DNA of 53,867 nt, from the NCBI GenBank assembly GCA_964498925.1, contig CAZCKD010000001.1, positions 1-53,867 on the forward strand, given 5' to 3'. The position numbers and the translations under genes were made by a program. Positions 9,848-21,186 of the stretch are shown here, one piece after another. The DNA comes from an uncultured Granulosicoccaceae bacterium (GTDB lineage Bacteria > Pseudomonadota > Gammaproteobacteria > Granulosicoccales > Granulosicoccaceae). Below the pieces are notes generated by a model. It did not search any database and was not told the origin of the DNA. It saw nothing but the letters and a program-made list of their open reading frames with translations. Position 1 is the first letter of the stretch; each line of letters begins with the position of its first letter.

Positions 9848-11796
9848 TACGATGCTTTCCGTAATAAATCTGGCTGAGACATATTCCTTAATACAACATC
9901 AGCTTCAATGGTACCTTTGCGCCCATCCTCAAACACAACAGTTGTAGATACGAACTGCGTTTCCTTATCGGAGTACAAAGCATCAATAAGAGGTTCGTAC
10001 CGTTCATTGATAAATTTACGCCTGACTTTCTGGGTTCTTGTCAGCTCCCCATCATCAGCGTCTAATTCTTTGTGGAGAATCAAAAAGCGCTTAATCGTTG
10101 CACCGGCTACACGAGGCTCTGATGCAAGGTCTTCGTTCACTTGCTCGATATGTTTTTCCACCATGTCGTACACCAGCGGATGACCTGCCAGCTCCTGATA
10201 AGAGCCATAAACGATATTGTTTCTCTCCGCCCAGTTGGACACAGCCGTTAAATCAATGTTGATAAACGCTGTTGCAAAATCCCGTTGATCCCCGAACGCC
10301 ACCACCTCTTTAATGGTGGGGAAAAACTTCAACTTGTTTTCAATGTACTTAGGAGGAAAGAGACTGCCATCATTTAATTTGCCAACATCTTTAGCTCTAT
10401 CAATGATGCGTAAGTGCCCGTTGTCATCTATGAAACCGGCATCTCCGGTATATACCCAACCATCAGATGTTTTAGTCGATGCCGTGGCATCATCATTCTG
10501 GTAATACCCTAGAAATACCCCGGGCGAACGGTAGAGCACTTCACCGTTATCATCAATTTTTAATTCCACATCCGGTGACGGTGTACCAACTGTATTTGCA
10601 TCTATTTGTCCGTCAGGTTGAGCGGTAATGTAAACGCTAGCTTCAGTTTGACCGTACAGCTGCTTTAGATTAATACCCAGAGCGCGATAAAAACGAAAAA
10701 TGTCCGGGCCGATGGCTTCGCCCGCTGTATAGGCAACTCTGACCTTCGACATTCCTAGGCGATTTTTTAACGGCCCATAAACAAACCAGTCACCAAGGGT
10801 GTAATGCAACTTCGCCAGTAAGCCAACCTTGTCACCATTGAGGACAGCCTCACCATGTTTACGAGCCACATTGATAAAGTGATCAAACATCGCTCTTTTA
10901 GGCCGACTTGCGTCTTCCATCGCTACAGTGATATTCGTTAACAAGGTTTCGAACACTCGCGGCGGTGCGAAAAAATACGTCGGTGCAATCTCTCTACGAT
11001 CTGCGGTAATAGTATCCAGACTCTCAGGGCAACAAACGCAGTAGCCAGCTGTCAGCGATTGCCCGTAACTGAATACGTGATCTCCCACCCAGGCTAGCGG
11101 CAAGTAGGCAATGGTCTCTTCGGTGTGATCGAGATTGTCAAAATTATTGGCATTAATGGAGGTGATGATCAAATTATTATGAGACAGCATCACGCCTTTC
11201 GGCTTTCCAGTTGTTCCTGAGGTGTACAACATGACGCATAAGTCATCGCTGATGAGCTTATCGATCCCCATTCGCCACTCGACGGCCTGATGAGTGTCGC
11301 GCTCCATGGACTTCTCACCCAGCTTTTGAACATCATCAATAGACTGTATGAACGATGAATCGTAGTCCCTCAATCCTCTCGGCTCGTCAAAAAACAGCTT
11401 CTCTAAGTGTGGAAGCTGCTCTTGGACAGACAAGACTTTATCGACTTGTTCCTGATCCTGGCAGACAGCAAACCGAACACCCGCATGTTCCAGCACGTAC
11501 ACCATTTCTTCCGCCACGGAATCGGAATACATGGGGACCGGAATAGCACCGATGGACTGAATGGCTGAAAACGACCAGTAAAGCTTCGGCCGATTCGCCC
11601 CGATGATCGCCACTTTGTCCCCTGGCTTTAAGCCAAGCTCCTTCAGGCCGATGGCATACCGTTGCACTTCACTACAGATGTCTCCCCAGCTCCACTCCCG
11701 CCAGATACCCATATCCTTATGGCGCATCGCCACACGATTAACATATTGCTCACTGTTTCTGAGCAGATAATGCGGAAGGCTGGGAAGTGTCTGCAT
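9847..11796 (-). CDS. Long-chain fatty acid--CoA ligase (AMP-binding)
   Basis: YTSGTTGKPKGVM, YGQTE, YTGDAG, IIDRAKD and GELTRTQKVRR motifs. Confidence 0.9.
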   Translation of the reverse strand: MQTLPSLPHYLLRNSEQYVNRVAMRHKDMGIWREWSWGDICSEVQRYAIGLKELGLKPGDKVAIIGANRPKLYWSFSAIQSIGAIPVPMYSDSVAEEMVYVLEHAGVRFAVCQDQEQVDKVLSVQEQLPHLEKLFFDEPRGLRDYDSSFIQSIDDVQKLGEKSMERDTHQAVEWRMGIDKLISDDLCVMLYTSGTTGKPKGVMLSHNNLIITSINANNFDNLDHTEETIAYLPLAWVGDHVFSYGQSLTAGYCVCCPESLDTITADRREIAPTYFFAPPRVFETLLTNITVAMEDASRPKRAMFDHFINVARKHGEAVLNGDKVGLLAKLHYTLGDWFVYGPLKNRLGMSKVRVAYTAGEAIGPDIFRFYRALGINLKQLYGQTEASVYITAQPDGQIDANTVGTPSPDVELKIDDNGEVLYRSPGVFLGYYQNDDATASTKTSDGWVYTGDAGFIDDNGHLRIIDRAKDVGKLNDGSLFPPKYIENKLKFFPTIKEVVAFGDQRDFATAFINIDLTAVSNWAERNNIVYGSYQELAGHPLVYDMVEKHIEQVNEDLASEPRVAGATIKRFLILHKELDADDGELTRTQKVRRKFINERYEPLIDALYSDKETQFVSTTVVFEDGRKGTIEADVVLRNMSQPDLLRKAS

Positions 11797-11816
11797 GACG
11801 ATCAGGTGTTATGAAT

Positions 11817-13136
<1,320 letters not shown>

Positions 13137-13257
13137 CTATTTTGGTCTCGAGAGGTTTACGACAAGTCGGAGCCACCGCCTACCGGAAGGCTGCAGCAAT
13201 ATTTAATTTAAAGAGTATATCAGCGCTCTGGATTATCGTTGCCAGCTGCTGACTTCC

Positions 13258-13650
13258 TCAAGAACTTGAAACAATAGAGTGTGCTACTCCGGCACCGATA
13301 AATACAGCAAGCAGGGAGAACACGACATTCAGGGTGATGTTTAGTGCAGCAACCGCCAAGTTGCCGCTCTCAAGCAAACGTAGGGTTTCGACCGAAAACG
13401 CTGAAAACGTAGTGAACGCCCCGAGGAACCCGACGATCAGCATCAAATGAACCGGACTACCTAACAGTCCTTTGTGAAGAAACCAGGTTGCCAGCAATCC
13501 GGCAACAAAAGAGCCCGCGACGTTCACACTCAGAGTGGCATACGGGAACGGGGAGTCAGCCCGAGCTAACAGTAAGCCGACGGAGTACCGTGAACAAGCT
13601 CCCAAAGCACCACCAAGACCGACAAAGGCAACACTACTGAACAAATTCAT
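13258..13650 (-). CDS. crcB: Fluoride efflux channel FluC/CrcB
   Basis: GGALGACSRY, FPYATLSVNVAGSF and GFLGAFTTFSAFSVET motifs. Start moved to ATG 13650 (MNLFSS...). Confidence 0.92.
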   Translation of the reverse strand: MNLFSSVAFVGLGGALGACSRYSVGLLLARADSPFPYATLSVNVAGSFVAGLLATWFLHKGLLGSPVHLMLIVGFLGAFTTFSAFSVETLRLLESGNLAVAALNITLNVVFSLLAVFIGAGVAHSIVSSS

Positions 13651-13704
13651 GGGCACCGACCTTGCATCAAAAGATACCAAGACTTTAGCGCAATCTTTCT
13701 GATT

Positions 13705-14292
13705 ATGATCCGTCGAATCCACCTAGGACTGTTAGTGATCGCCTGCTGCGGCAGCGCATTCGCACAACCATTGTATAAGTGGACTGAAGCGGATGGCTCC
13801 ATCACTTTTTCGCCGGAGAAACCACCGGCGTCTGTAGATTTCGAGGTTATCAATACCTCCGACAGTATGGTGCCCAGCACCATCCACAGCCGGGCTTCTG
13901 CCAATACCACCCTTTCACCGGCATCGGATGGCAGCCAGGGCATCTCTCAAATCTCGTTTTCCAACCCAAACTCGAATGAGCAATCAGATTCAAAAGTGAT
14001 CCCTATAGAATTTGGCGGTTCTAACGCCAGATCTCAGAGCCTTTATTCCTCTGATTCGGGCCAACAAGCCCCATCGGGTATTGAATCGATGAGTTTTGGC
14101 AGCCAATCAGCGCAACGCCTTGCCGCAGCAGCTCACACAGCTAACAGGCAACATCGATGTGATGATTTGAAAAAGCGCGTCGTGTCTTTGGAGCGCCGTA
14201 TGCGTGCGAAGCTCACCGCGGAAGATATGGATAACACGGTCATTCACATGACCAAATACCAGAGAGCCTTCGATCAGGATTGCGTGAAGTAG
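13705..14292 (+). CDS. Exported DUF4124-domain protein
   Basis: Signal peptide (SAFA), LYKWTEADGSITFSPEKPP, a Ser-rich linker and a C-terminal helical region with two Cys. Confidence 0.75.
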   Translation: MIRRIHLGLLVIACCGSAFAQPLYKWTEADGSITFSPEKPPASVDFEVINTSDSMVPSTIHSRASANTTLSPASDGSQGISQISFSNPNSNEQSDSKVIPIEFGGSNARSQSLYSSDSGQQAPSGIESMSFGSQSAQRLAAAAHTANRQHRCDDLKKRVVSLERRMRAKLTAEDMDNTVIHMTKYQRAFDQDCVK

Positions 14293-14759
14293 ACGGGAGA
14301 CTTAGTCTCAAGATCGATCTGTTGGGTCGAGAAATGATGACCCTGCCGAATACAATATCCCAGCCACTTATTCAAAAAGCGGTTTAAGCGCCATCCCTCA
14401 TCAAGGTCTCGAGTTCGCCGAACTTCGAGCCGTCCCTCCGGCATTAATCCGCTCATCACTTCGCACGATCTGGCGTCGTGATAAAGACGAATGGACAAAT
14501 CGGGTTCACGATCCGAGCGTCCTCTGGTGGATTCCAAAAATCGATAAGTCAGATTGAACGTTGTCGTATAACGATTATGACTATCCAGGGTAAGTTCCAG
14601 TGGCATAGCTTCTGGTGCTTGAGATACAAAGACCCCCGGTTCCATCTCCCTTAATTCAGGCACTAGCAAACGGATAAGCACATAGTTCTTTTCATACAGC
14701 TCCATGAGCGCAGAAAAGCGACCACTGGTTTTTGGACGATGGAGTAATGCGTTATACAT
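14274..14759 (-). CDS. DUF1249 (YqiB-like) protein
   Basis: LMELYEKNY..I.LL.P, YTTT and P.L.IRLYHDAR..EV...LNRFLNKWLGYC..QGH pattern. Confidence 0.85.
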   Translation of the reverse strand: MYNALLHRPKTSGRFSALMELYEKNYVLIRLLVPELREMEPGVFVSQAPEAMPLELTLDSHNRYTTTFNLTYRFLESTRGRSDREPDLSIRLYHDARSCEVMSGLMPEGRLEVRRTRDLDEGWRLNRFLNKWLGYCIRQGHHFSTQQIDLETKSPVYFTQS

Positions 14760-14943
14760 CCGGACTATTATGGTTGGGGAATCCGGTCAGTACAATCTTT
14801 GTGTTGGAAAATTAAGAACGCACATTGCGAGTATTATTTGACGGCGTTGGCAAAACTCTTGTAATCCTGCCCTCGAGTCGCCATATAATCGCCGTGTTTA
14901 GCTCAATTAGTCGCTGTACACATTCGCCCTTGCCCGTTTTGAC

Positions 14944-14958
14944 TGGCATAATGGCGGC
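14944..14958 (+). promoter_or_regulatory. Candidate extended -10 promoter for infA with a GC-rich discriminator
   Basis: TGg-CATAAT-ggcggc about 55 nt upstream of the infA ATG. A second TATAAT lies at 14884-14889. Confidence 0.4.
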
Positions 14959-15006
14959 ACTTGCGGGCATGATCGCCCCTATTGATAAAGGCTTAACTGA
15001 GAATTA

Positions 15007-15225
15007 ATGGCTAAAGAAGAACCCATAGAAATGGAAGGCGTCGTTGTTGACACTCTTCCTAACACCATGTTCCGAGTTGAACTCGAAAACGGACATGTCG
15101 TCACTGCGCATATCTCCGGAAAAATGCGAAAGCACTACATACGTATCCTGACAGGTGACAAAGTCACTGTTCAGATGACGCCTTACGATTTGACGAAGGG
15201 TCGAATCACCTACAGAAGTCGTTAA
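15007..15225 (+). CDS. infA: Translation initiation factor IF-1
   Basis: [27 protein letters not shown]...[14 protein letters not shown]. Confidence 0.98.
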   Translation: MAKEEPIEMEGVVVDTLPNTMFRVELENGHVVTAHISGKMRKHYIRILTGDKVTVQMTPYDLTKGRITYRSR

Positions 15226-15231
15226 GAACTC

Positions 15232-15270
15232 AAAAAAAAAGCCATCCGGTCTTCAACCGGATGGCTTTCT
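15232..15270. terminator. Bidirectional rho-independent terminator between convergent infA and clpA
   Basis: A9-GCCATCCGGT-cttca-ACCGGATGGC-TTTCT, giving a U9 tail on the clpA strand. Confidence 0.9.
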
Positions 15271-15304
15271 GATTGACGCCCACAATTCGGGGCTAGAGCA
15301 ACGG

Positions 15305-17581
15305 CTAGACCGTCGCCTCCTTACTTTCCTTACTCTCGAATTCAAACGCCAGGTCGCCTTTCTCATCAAGGATGACTCGCACTCTTCCGCCGCGACTCAG
15401 CTTGCCGAATAGGATCTCATCGGCCAGATGCTTTTTAACGTTCTCGCTGATTAAGCGAGACATTGGACGGGCACCCATCTGAGCATCGAACCCATGCTCT
15501 GCCAACCAAGCCTTGGCTTCGTCATTAAAGTCGATAGACACGTTCTTCTCTTCAAGTTGTGCTTCCAATTCGATGATGAATTTATCAACAACGTTAAGGA
15601 TGATGCTCTTGTCCAGCGCTTTGAATTGAATAATGGCATCCAGACGATTTCGGAATTCTGGTGTGAAGAGTTTCTTAACTGCTTCATTACCATCCGAGCT
15701 GTGATCCTGCTGCGTAAAGCCCATCGTCGTTCGTGACAAGGATTCCGCACCGGCGTTGGTTGTCATCACCAGAATAATATTTCGGAAATCTGCTTTACGA
15801 CCATTGTTATCCGTCAAGGTACCGTGGTCCATAACCTGTAACAGTAGATTGAAAACATCCGGATGAGCCTTTTCGATCTCATCGAGCAAAATCACTGCAT
15901 GCGGGTTCTGAATGACCGCGTCGGTCAGTAAACCGCCCTGATCGAAACCGACATACCCTGGAGGCGCACCGATCAATCGAGAGACCGTGTGACGCTCGAG
16001 ATACTCGGACATGTCAAATCGAATGAATTCGATACCCATGATATTCGACAGCTGCTTGGTGACTTCTGTTTTACCAACACCTGTGGGACCTGCAAAAAGA
16101 AAACTTCCGATTGGCTTGTCTTGAGGACCCAAACCCGATCGAGACATCTTTATCGCAGCGCCTAAAGCGTCGATGGCTTCATCCTGGCCAAATACCAACA
16201 TACGTAAGTCTCTAGAAAGCGTCTTGAGCTTATCCATATCAGTCGAAGAGACACTCTTTTCAGGTATTCGGGCAATCTTGGCAACGATCGCTTCGATATC
16301 CTTAACAGTGATCTGCTTCTTGCCTTTTGTTGTCACACCTTTCACGCGGTGGTTAGCACCGGCTTCATCAATGACATCAATAGCTTTATCCGGGAGGAAT
16401 CGATCATTGATATAACGACCCGATAGCTCAGCTGCCGTTTTCAGAGCATTGTTTGAGTATTTTACTTCGTGGAAATCTTCATATCGGGACTTAAGCCCTT
16501 TGAGGATTTCGAATGTCTGGTCAATAGATGGCTCTGTGACATCAATTTTTTGGAAACGTCTGGATAGCGCGCGGTCCTTTTCAAAAATGCCGCGATATTC
16601 CTGATAGGTGGTTGAACCAATGCATTTTAGTTCTCCCGTGGCCAACATCGGCTTGATGAGGTTTGAGGCATCCATGACGCCACCCGAGGCAGCACCCGCA
16701 CCGATAATGGTGTGGATCTCGTCAATAAAGAGAATTGCACCCTCTTCTTTCTTTAACTGATTGAGAATGCCCTTTAAACGCTTCTCAAAGTCACCGCGAT
16801 ATTTAGTGCCTGCGACTAGAGCGCCCAAGTCCAACGAATAAATGATGGAATCTGATAATACGGAAGGCACTTCACCGTCAACGATTTTCTTCGCCAGACC
16901 TTCAGCGATAGCAGTTTTTCCGACACCGGCCTCACCGACCAGCAATGGATTGTTCTTTCGACGACGACACAAGACCTGGGATGCCCGCTCGACCTCATGA
17001 TCACGGCCAATTAGCGGATCGATTTCACCAGCCTGCGCTTTCGCATTTAAGTTAGTTGCGTACTTATCCAACGGCTTGGCATCGTTTTCAGCCTCTTCGG
17101 CACCGTATTCACCTGCGCTGTCTTCTGACTCTTCCGCTTCTTCGTCTGAATTTTTCGCGATACCGTGCGAGATGTAATTAACGACATCCAGACGAGTAAT
17201 ATTTTGTTTGTTGAGTAGGTAGACCGTTTGAGAATCCTGCTCGCCAAAGATAGCAACCAGAACGTTAGCGCCTGTCACCTCTTTTTTGCCCGAGCTCTGG
17301 ACATGAAATACGGCGCGTTGCAAAACACGCTGAAAGCCAAGTGTAGGCTGGGTTTCACGCGTATCGTTTTCGTCCAGTAGTGGGGTATTTTCATCGACGA
17401 AGCTGTCCAGCTCATCGCGCAGCGTTTCTAAGTCGCCACCGCAAGCACGCAGTACCTGCGCAGCCGTAGGATTATCGATGAGAGCAAGCAACAGGTGCTC
17501 AACAGTCATGAACTCGAATCTTCGAGCACGTGCCTCTTTGAACGCGTTGTTGAGAGTAAATTCCAGCTCTTTGCTAAGCAT
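15305..17581 (-). CDS. clpA: ATP-dependent Clp protease ATP-binding subunit ClpA
   Basis: [24 protein letters not shown] and two AAA+ modules ([16 protein letters not shown]); directly after clpS. Confidence 0.97.
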   Translation of the reverse strand: MLSKELEFTLNNAFKEARARRFEFMTVEHLLLALIDNPTAAQVLRACGGDLETLRDELDSFVDENTPLLDENDTRETQPTLGFQRVLQRAVFHVQSSGKKEVTGANVLVAIFGEQDSQTVYLLNKQNITRLDVVNYISHGIAKNSDEEAEESEDSAGEYGAEEAENDAKPLDKYATNLNAKAQAGEIDPLIGRDHEVERASQVLCRRRKNNPLLVGEAGVGKTAIAEGLAKKIVDGEVPSVLSDSIIYSLDLGALVAGTKYRGDFEKRLKGILNQLKKEEGAILFIDEIHTIIGAGAASGGVMDASNLIKPMLATGELKCIGSTTYQEYRGIFEKDRALSRRFQKIDVTEPSIDQTFEILKGLKSRYEDFHEVKYSNNALKTAAELSGRYINDRFLPDKAIDVIDEAGANHRVKGVTTKGKKQITVKDIEAIVAKIARIPEKSVSSTDMDKLKTLSRDLRMLVFGQDEAIDALGAAIKMSRSGLGPQDKPIGSFLFAGPTGVGKTEVTKQLSNIMGIEFIRFDMSEYLERHTVSRLIGAPPGYVGFDQGGLLTDAVIQNPHAVILLDEIEKAHPDVFNLLLQVMDHGTLTDNNGRKADFRNIILVMTTNAGAESLSRTTMGFTQQDHSSDGNEAVKKLFTPEFRNRLDAIIQFKALDKSIILNVVDKFIIELEAQLEEKNVSIDFNDEAKAWLAEHGFDAQMGARPMSRLISENVKKHLADEILFGKLSRGGRVRVILDEKGDLAFEFESKESKEATV

Positions 17582-17695
17582 TATCTATTTCGTCCGCTCT
17601 TGAAACTTTAAAGTGCACCGATAGTTCATTGATTGGGTACACGACCGATTTCGAAAAATTACCTGTTAGTCCGAAGCAATAGCAAGTTCGTTCCG

Positions 17696-18013
17696 TTACA
17701 CCTTTTCCATTTCGCACAACAAAGGATGCTTGCGCTCTCTGGCCAGTTGTGTCACCTGCGCCACTTTTGTTTCGGCTATCTCCCGGGTAAATACGCCACA
17801 AACGCCCTTTCCTTTCTGATGAACATGCAGCATGACACGTGTCGCCTGCTCCCTGTCCAAACTGAAAAAGACCTCCAATATTTCAACCACGAACTCCATC
17901 GGGGTGTAATCGTCGTTCAGCAACACTACCTGCCAAAGTGGCGGCTTCGCCAGCTTGGGCTTTGCTGTTTCGACGGCTATGCCATCCTCGAAATTCGTAT
18001 CTTCTTCACTCAT
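17696..18013 (-). CDS. clpS: Clp protease adaptor ClpS
   Basis: [15 protein letters not shown]...[19 protein letters not shown]...HPL. Confidence 0.97.
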   Translation of the reverse strand: MSEEDTNFEDGIAVETAKPKLAKPPLWQVVLLNDDYTPMEFVVEILEVFFSLDREQATRVMLHVHQKGKGVCGVFTREIAETKVAQVTQLARERKHPLLCEMEKV

Positions 18014-18391
18014 TACTAAATCTTCCGCGGGATCGATCGGTGGAAACTTTAAATATTACCCATCACTAGTACGTAAAAAACCAGGGACAAGTGTCACGAT
18101 CACGCTGCCTGGAACAATCGCAATATTCATACCCCAATAAGGTAGTGACTGATTGAGGTAACTCAATTGATCACGACAGCGAAATGTGACACCCATAACT
18201 TACTCTGAGACGCTCCAAAAGTGTAGCTTTGAAGCGCACCTAAAAAGGAGACAAATAACACTGTTTCAGAAAGAATAGACGACCAGGTCTGCAGTGCGGG
18301 ATTACGTGCTTCTCAAATGCAGGTTACGTGGCGTCGGAAGGGGTAGATCAGGCCTCACGATACGGTAAGGCGAAGTCGAGAATATAGGGCT

Positions 18392-20353
18392 CTATCGACG
18401 CTTTTTGAGTCGATTGCGACGGCTGGTTTTGCCGGCCTGCTCACCGGCCTGGCGAATTCGACGTGCAGCTCTCGTCTCATATGCCGTTTTACCGTCGTTT
18501 GCGGCAGGCATCGCCAAAGATTTGCTGTCACTCATGCGCTCTGCTGTTTGCGCACGGCGCAGGGCTTCCAGCTCGGCTTTCGCAGCTTCTTGTGCTTGAT
18601 GCGCTGCTGCACCTCTTTTGGGCAGGCGACGTCCGGCAGCCATGCGATCCTTTCGGGTCGTTTCTATACGCTGAGTCACCGGAGGAGCCTCAGCTACTGC
18701 CACATCTTCTGTTTGTTGAGTAAGTGGCAAAGCGCCACGTGGCTTACCCCGCTTGCGCTTACCGGTCACATTCCCAACGGGTGTCTCTCCCTCATCGACA
18801 GCCTTTCGAAGCACTTGCAAAATAAGAATATAAGTCCAGAAGTAGATCGTAAAATTGAGAGCGACCGCTCTCGAACCGAAAATGCAAACGACTCCATAGC
18901 AGACGGCTGCTGCCGCACCGCCAATACCGGCCGCGCGAATGAATTGATCATGTTTATTGCGGGAGTGGAATCGCCCCAACTTGAACATGTGAAAAATCAG
19001 AAAAATAAACAGCAGTAACGCTGGCACCCCCATTTGAGATCCCAGGTACATATACATGCTGTGAGGATCATCCTCCTCGTGTTCACCGTCGACGTATTGA
19101 TCTTTCAGTAGTGGAAAACTCTTAAACCCCTTACCCAGAAGCGGGCTCTCCGCCATCATTCTCATGGCTCCTTTCCACATATCGATTCGCGTGGAGGAGC
19201 TTTTATCCAGATTCTCTTCTTCGGGGGCTGACATGGTTGCAGCCTCACCTCCCACGAGATTACCCATCCTGGCCGTGATTGAATCAGGAATAATTTGTGG
19301 AAAAACCATGACAAATATGATGGCCAAAGCACCAATCGAAATCAGAAAGGCCTTACCCCGGTAATAGCCTGCCAACAGGCCGCCAGCGGCTATCGCGACA
19401 TAGGCACCGCGAGAGAACGTCGTAATAAGGATTTTTATCGCAAGAAGAAAATACGGCGTCAACAACCACGCACGTACGTCTTTGATGAAAACCATGAAAA
19501 ACGCTAACAGCGGTAACAGTGTATAGGCGAGGAAACCTCCAAAGTTGTTCGCTTGAATTTGTGGTCCGAGCAGGCGACTTTTCTCAATGGACGAACGCCC
19601 CATTTTATCGAGCATTTCAGGAATGGTATGAATCACCACGGCCATAGAACCGATCATCATATAAACCAAGGCACGCTTGGCACCCGCTTTATCGCGAATA
19701 CAAGCGGCCAAAATCAGATAGATGATGAACTGATCAAGCCAGGATTTGTAACTCAATATTTCAGCTTTAAGAACAGAACTACCGCCAGGTTGCATGACGA
19801 TCGTAAAAGCTGAAAGCGCCGTATACATTCCGAACGCAATAACGTATTGACTGCCTGGGGGCCAGCTGACAAATTTCTCTTTCTCGCGAGAGGCTCGCAA
19901 AAACGCGGTGCCAAGCCCCAACATGATAAGCATGTTCGTACCGTTGAGTCCCGGTAGCACCGGTATGACATAGGACTTTGCAAAGGGCAGGTACAAAATG
20001 ATACACGCGACCGTAATTTCAACGGTCTTCAACGTGCTAAAGGCCACTACCAGCCCTATCACTAATCCAGATAAGTACAGAACAGGCTTAGGTAAACCAC
20101 CGCCAAGAATGACACCCATTGCAACCAACCCGGGCAGCAACAGAAAAAGTAAAACCGGTTTTAGCTCTTCTAACGTCGGCCAACCGGAAAATTTACCCGT
20201 TTCCTCAATTGAACTTGCGTTTGCAGCCTTGGATTTTTGACGCGCTCGACCACGCCCGGGCGACCGAGATCCCCGTTTTTCCGAATCAGAAGCCGCTAGA
20301 CGGCTTTGCCTGCGGCCAGGCCTAGCGTGCGGAAACGGATTTGTAGAGGCCAT
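18392..20353 (-). CDS. O-antigen ligase/Wzy-family polysaccharide polymerase with long basic N- and C-terminal tails
   Basis: Polytopic core with ANNFGG, TFSRGA, SSSTRIDMW...PLLGKG and PHSMY motifs; located in the EPS locus. Confidence 0.85.
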   Translation of the reverse strand: MASTNPFPHARPGRRQSRLAASDSEKRGSRSPGRGRARQKSKAANASSIEETGKFSGWPTLEELKPVLLFLLLPGLVAMGVILGGGLPKPVLYLSGLVIGLVVAFSTLKTVEITVACIILYLPFAKSYVIPVLPGLNGTNMLIMLGLGTAFLRASREKEKFVSWPPGSQYVIAFGMYTALSAFTIVMQPGGSSVLKAEILSYKSWLDQFIIYLILAACIRDKAGAKRALVYMMIGSMAVVIHTIPEMLDKMGRSSIEKSRLLGPQIQANNFGGFLAYTLLPLLAFFMVFIKDVRAWLLTPYFLLAIKILITTFSRGAYVAIAAGGLLAGYYRGKAFLISIGALAIIFVMVFPQIIPDSITARMGNLVGGEAATMSAPEEENLDKSSSTRIDMWKGAMRMMAESPLLGKGFKSFPLLKDQYVDGEHEEDDPHSMYMYLGSQMGVPALLLFIFLIFHMFKLGRFHSRNKHDQFIRAAGIGGAAAAVCYGVVCIFGSRAVALNFTIYFWTYILILQVLRKAVDEGETPVGNVTGKRKRGKPRGALPLTQQTEDVAVAEAPPVTQRIETTRKDRMAAGRRLPKRGAAAHQAQEAAKAELEALRRAQTAERMSDSKSLAMPAANDGKTAYETRAARRIRQAGEQAGKTSRRNRLKKRR

Positions 20354-21134
20354 AATAAAGCCGGTTACCCAACGTTTTCTGCAACACTTTTTTTGCCTGG
20401 CTCTTTCGAACCTGAGATCGGTAGTAATGACGATCCGGGCTTATCATTCGCTCAAACTCATCCAACTGTGTATTTCGACGGATAGCAACCCGATTGATAG
20501 GTCGGGTACCAGACATGGGTAAAATCCGATGGCAAGGCGTTTCGGCAATCGGATGTTTAACAAAACATTCCGATGGATCAACCATGCCGATATCTGAACC
20601 AAACCATTGGGAGTAACCTGAAGATTTCATTAAACGTAATATCTTCTGGTTATATCGGCCACCTGGAAACGACATTGACTCGCAGGGGTGATTCGTCAAC
20701 TTTTCTAACGCTTGTTTACTCTCTACAAGCTCCGCTATCGCCTCATTCTCAGACATATCATTGAAGAAACGATGTGTAACACCATGACTACCAACCACCA
20801 TGCCCGGCACGCTTGATAGGGAGGTTATTTCTTCAGAAGACATGAAACCGGGACGCGAATCAGTGAAACCTGTGGTTATAAAAAAATAAGCAGTTAGTCC
20901 ACGCTCAACTAATAACGGCACAGCAATATCAAGATTGCTTCGATGTCCATCATCGAACGTAATGACAATATCAGCAGTCTCATTTTCAGAAAACAATCCA
21001 CTGCGGTGTTTAGCAATCCGATCGATTTGCTCAATAAAGTTGGATTCTGACACCGCATACGGAAGGTCTTCAGCATCAATGTCAGTTGTGTCTTCTCCCC
21101 GATAGAGGGAGTGGTACATCAGTACAACACTCAT
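20322..21134 (-). CDS. Polysaccharide deacetylase (CE4/NodB family)
   Basis: VLMYH, ITFDDG, GSHGVTH and SFPGG motifs. Start moved to ATG 21134. Confidence 0.88.
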   Translation of the reverse strand: MSVVLMYHSLYRGEDTTDIDAEDLPYAVSESNFIEQIDRIAKHRSGLFSENETADIVITFDDGHRSNLDIAVPLLVERGLTAYFFITTGFTDSRPGFMSSEEITSLSSVPGMVVGSHGVTHRFFNDMSENEAIAELVESKQALEKLTNHPCESMSFPGGRYNQKILRLMKSSGYSQWFGSDIGMVDPSECFVKHPIAETPCHRILPMSGTRPINRVAIRRNTQLDEFERMISPDRHYYRSQVRKSQAKKVLQKTLGNRLYYGLYKSVSAR

Positions 21135-21186
21135 TGGTAAAACCCCATTACAGCACTGACCAGATAGATACGCTCTAAAAACGTCA

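Noticed and set aside
13651-13760. Fluoride riboswitch upstream of crcB
   Set aside because: No GGCGATGG-like aptamer start is visible, and only 54 nt separate crcB from the divergent gene.
17633-18019. 128-aa plus-strand ORF, and the many other short overlapping ORFs in the track
   Set aside because: They are antisense or alternate-frame shadows of well-conserved genes (here clpS) with no recognisable motifs.
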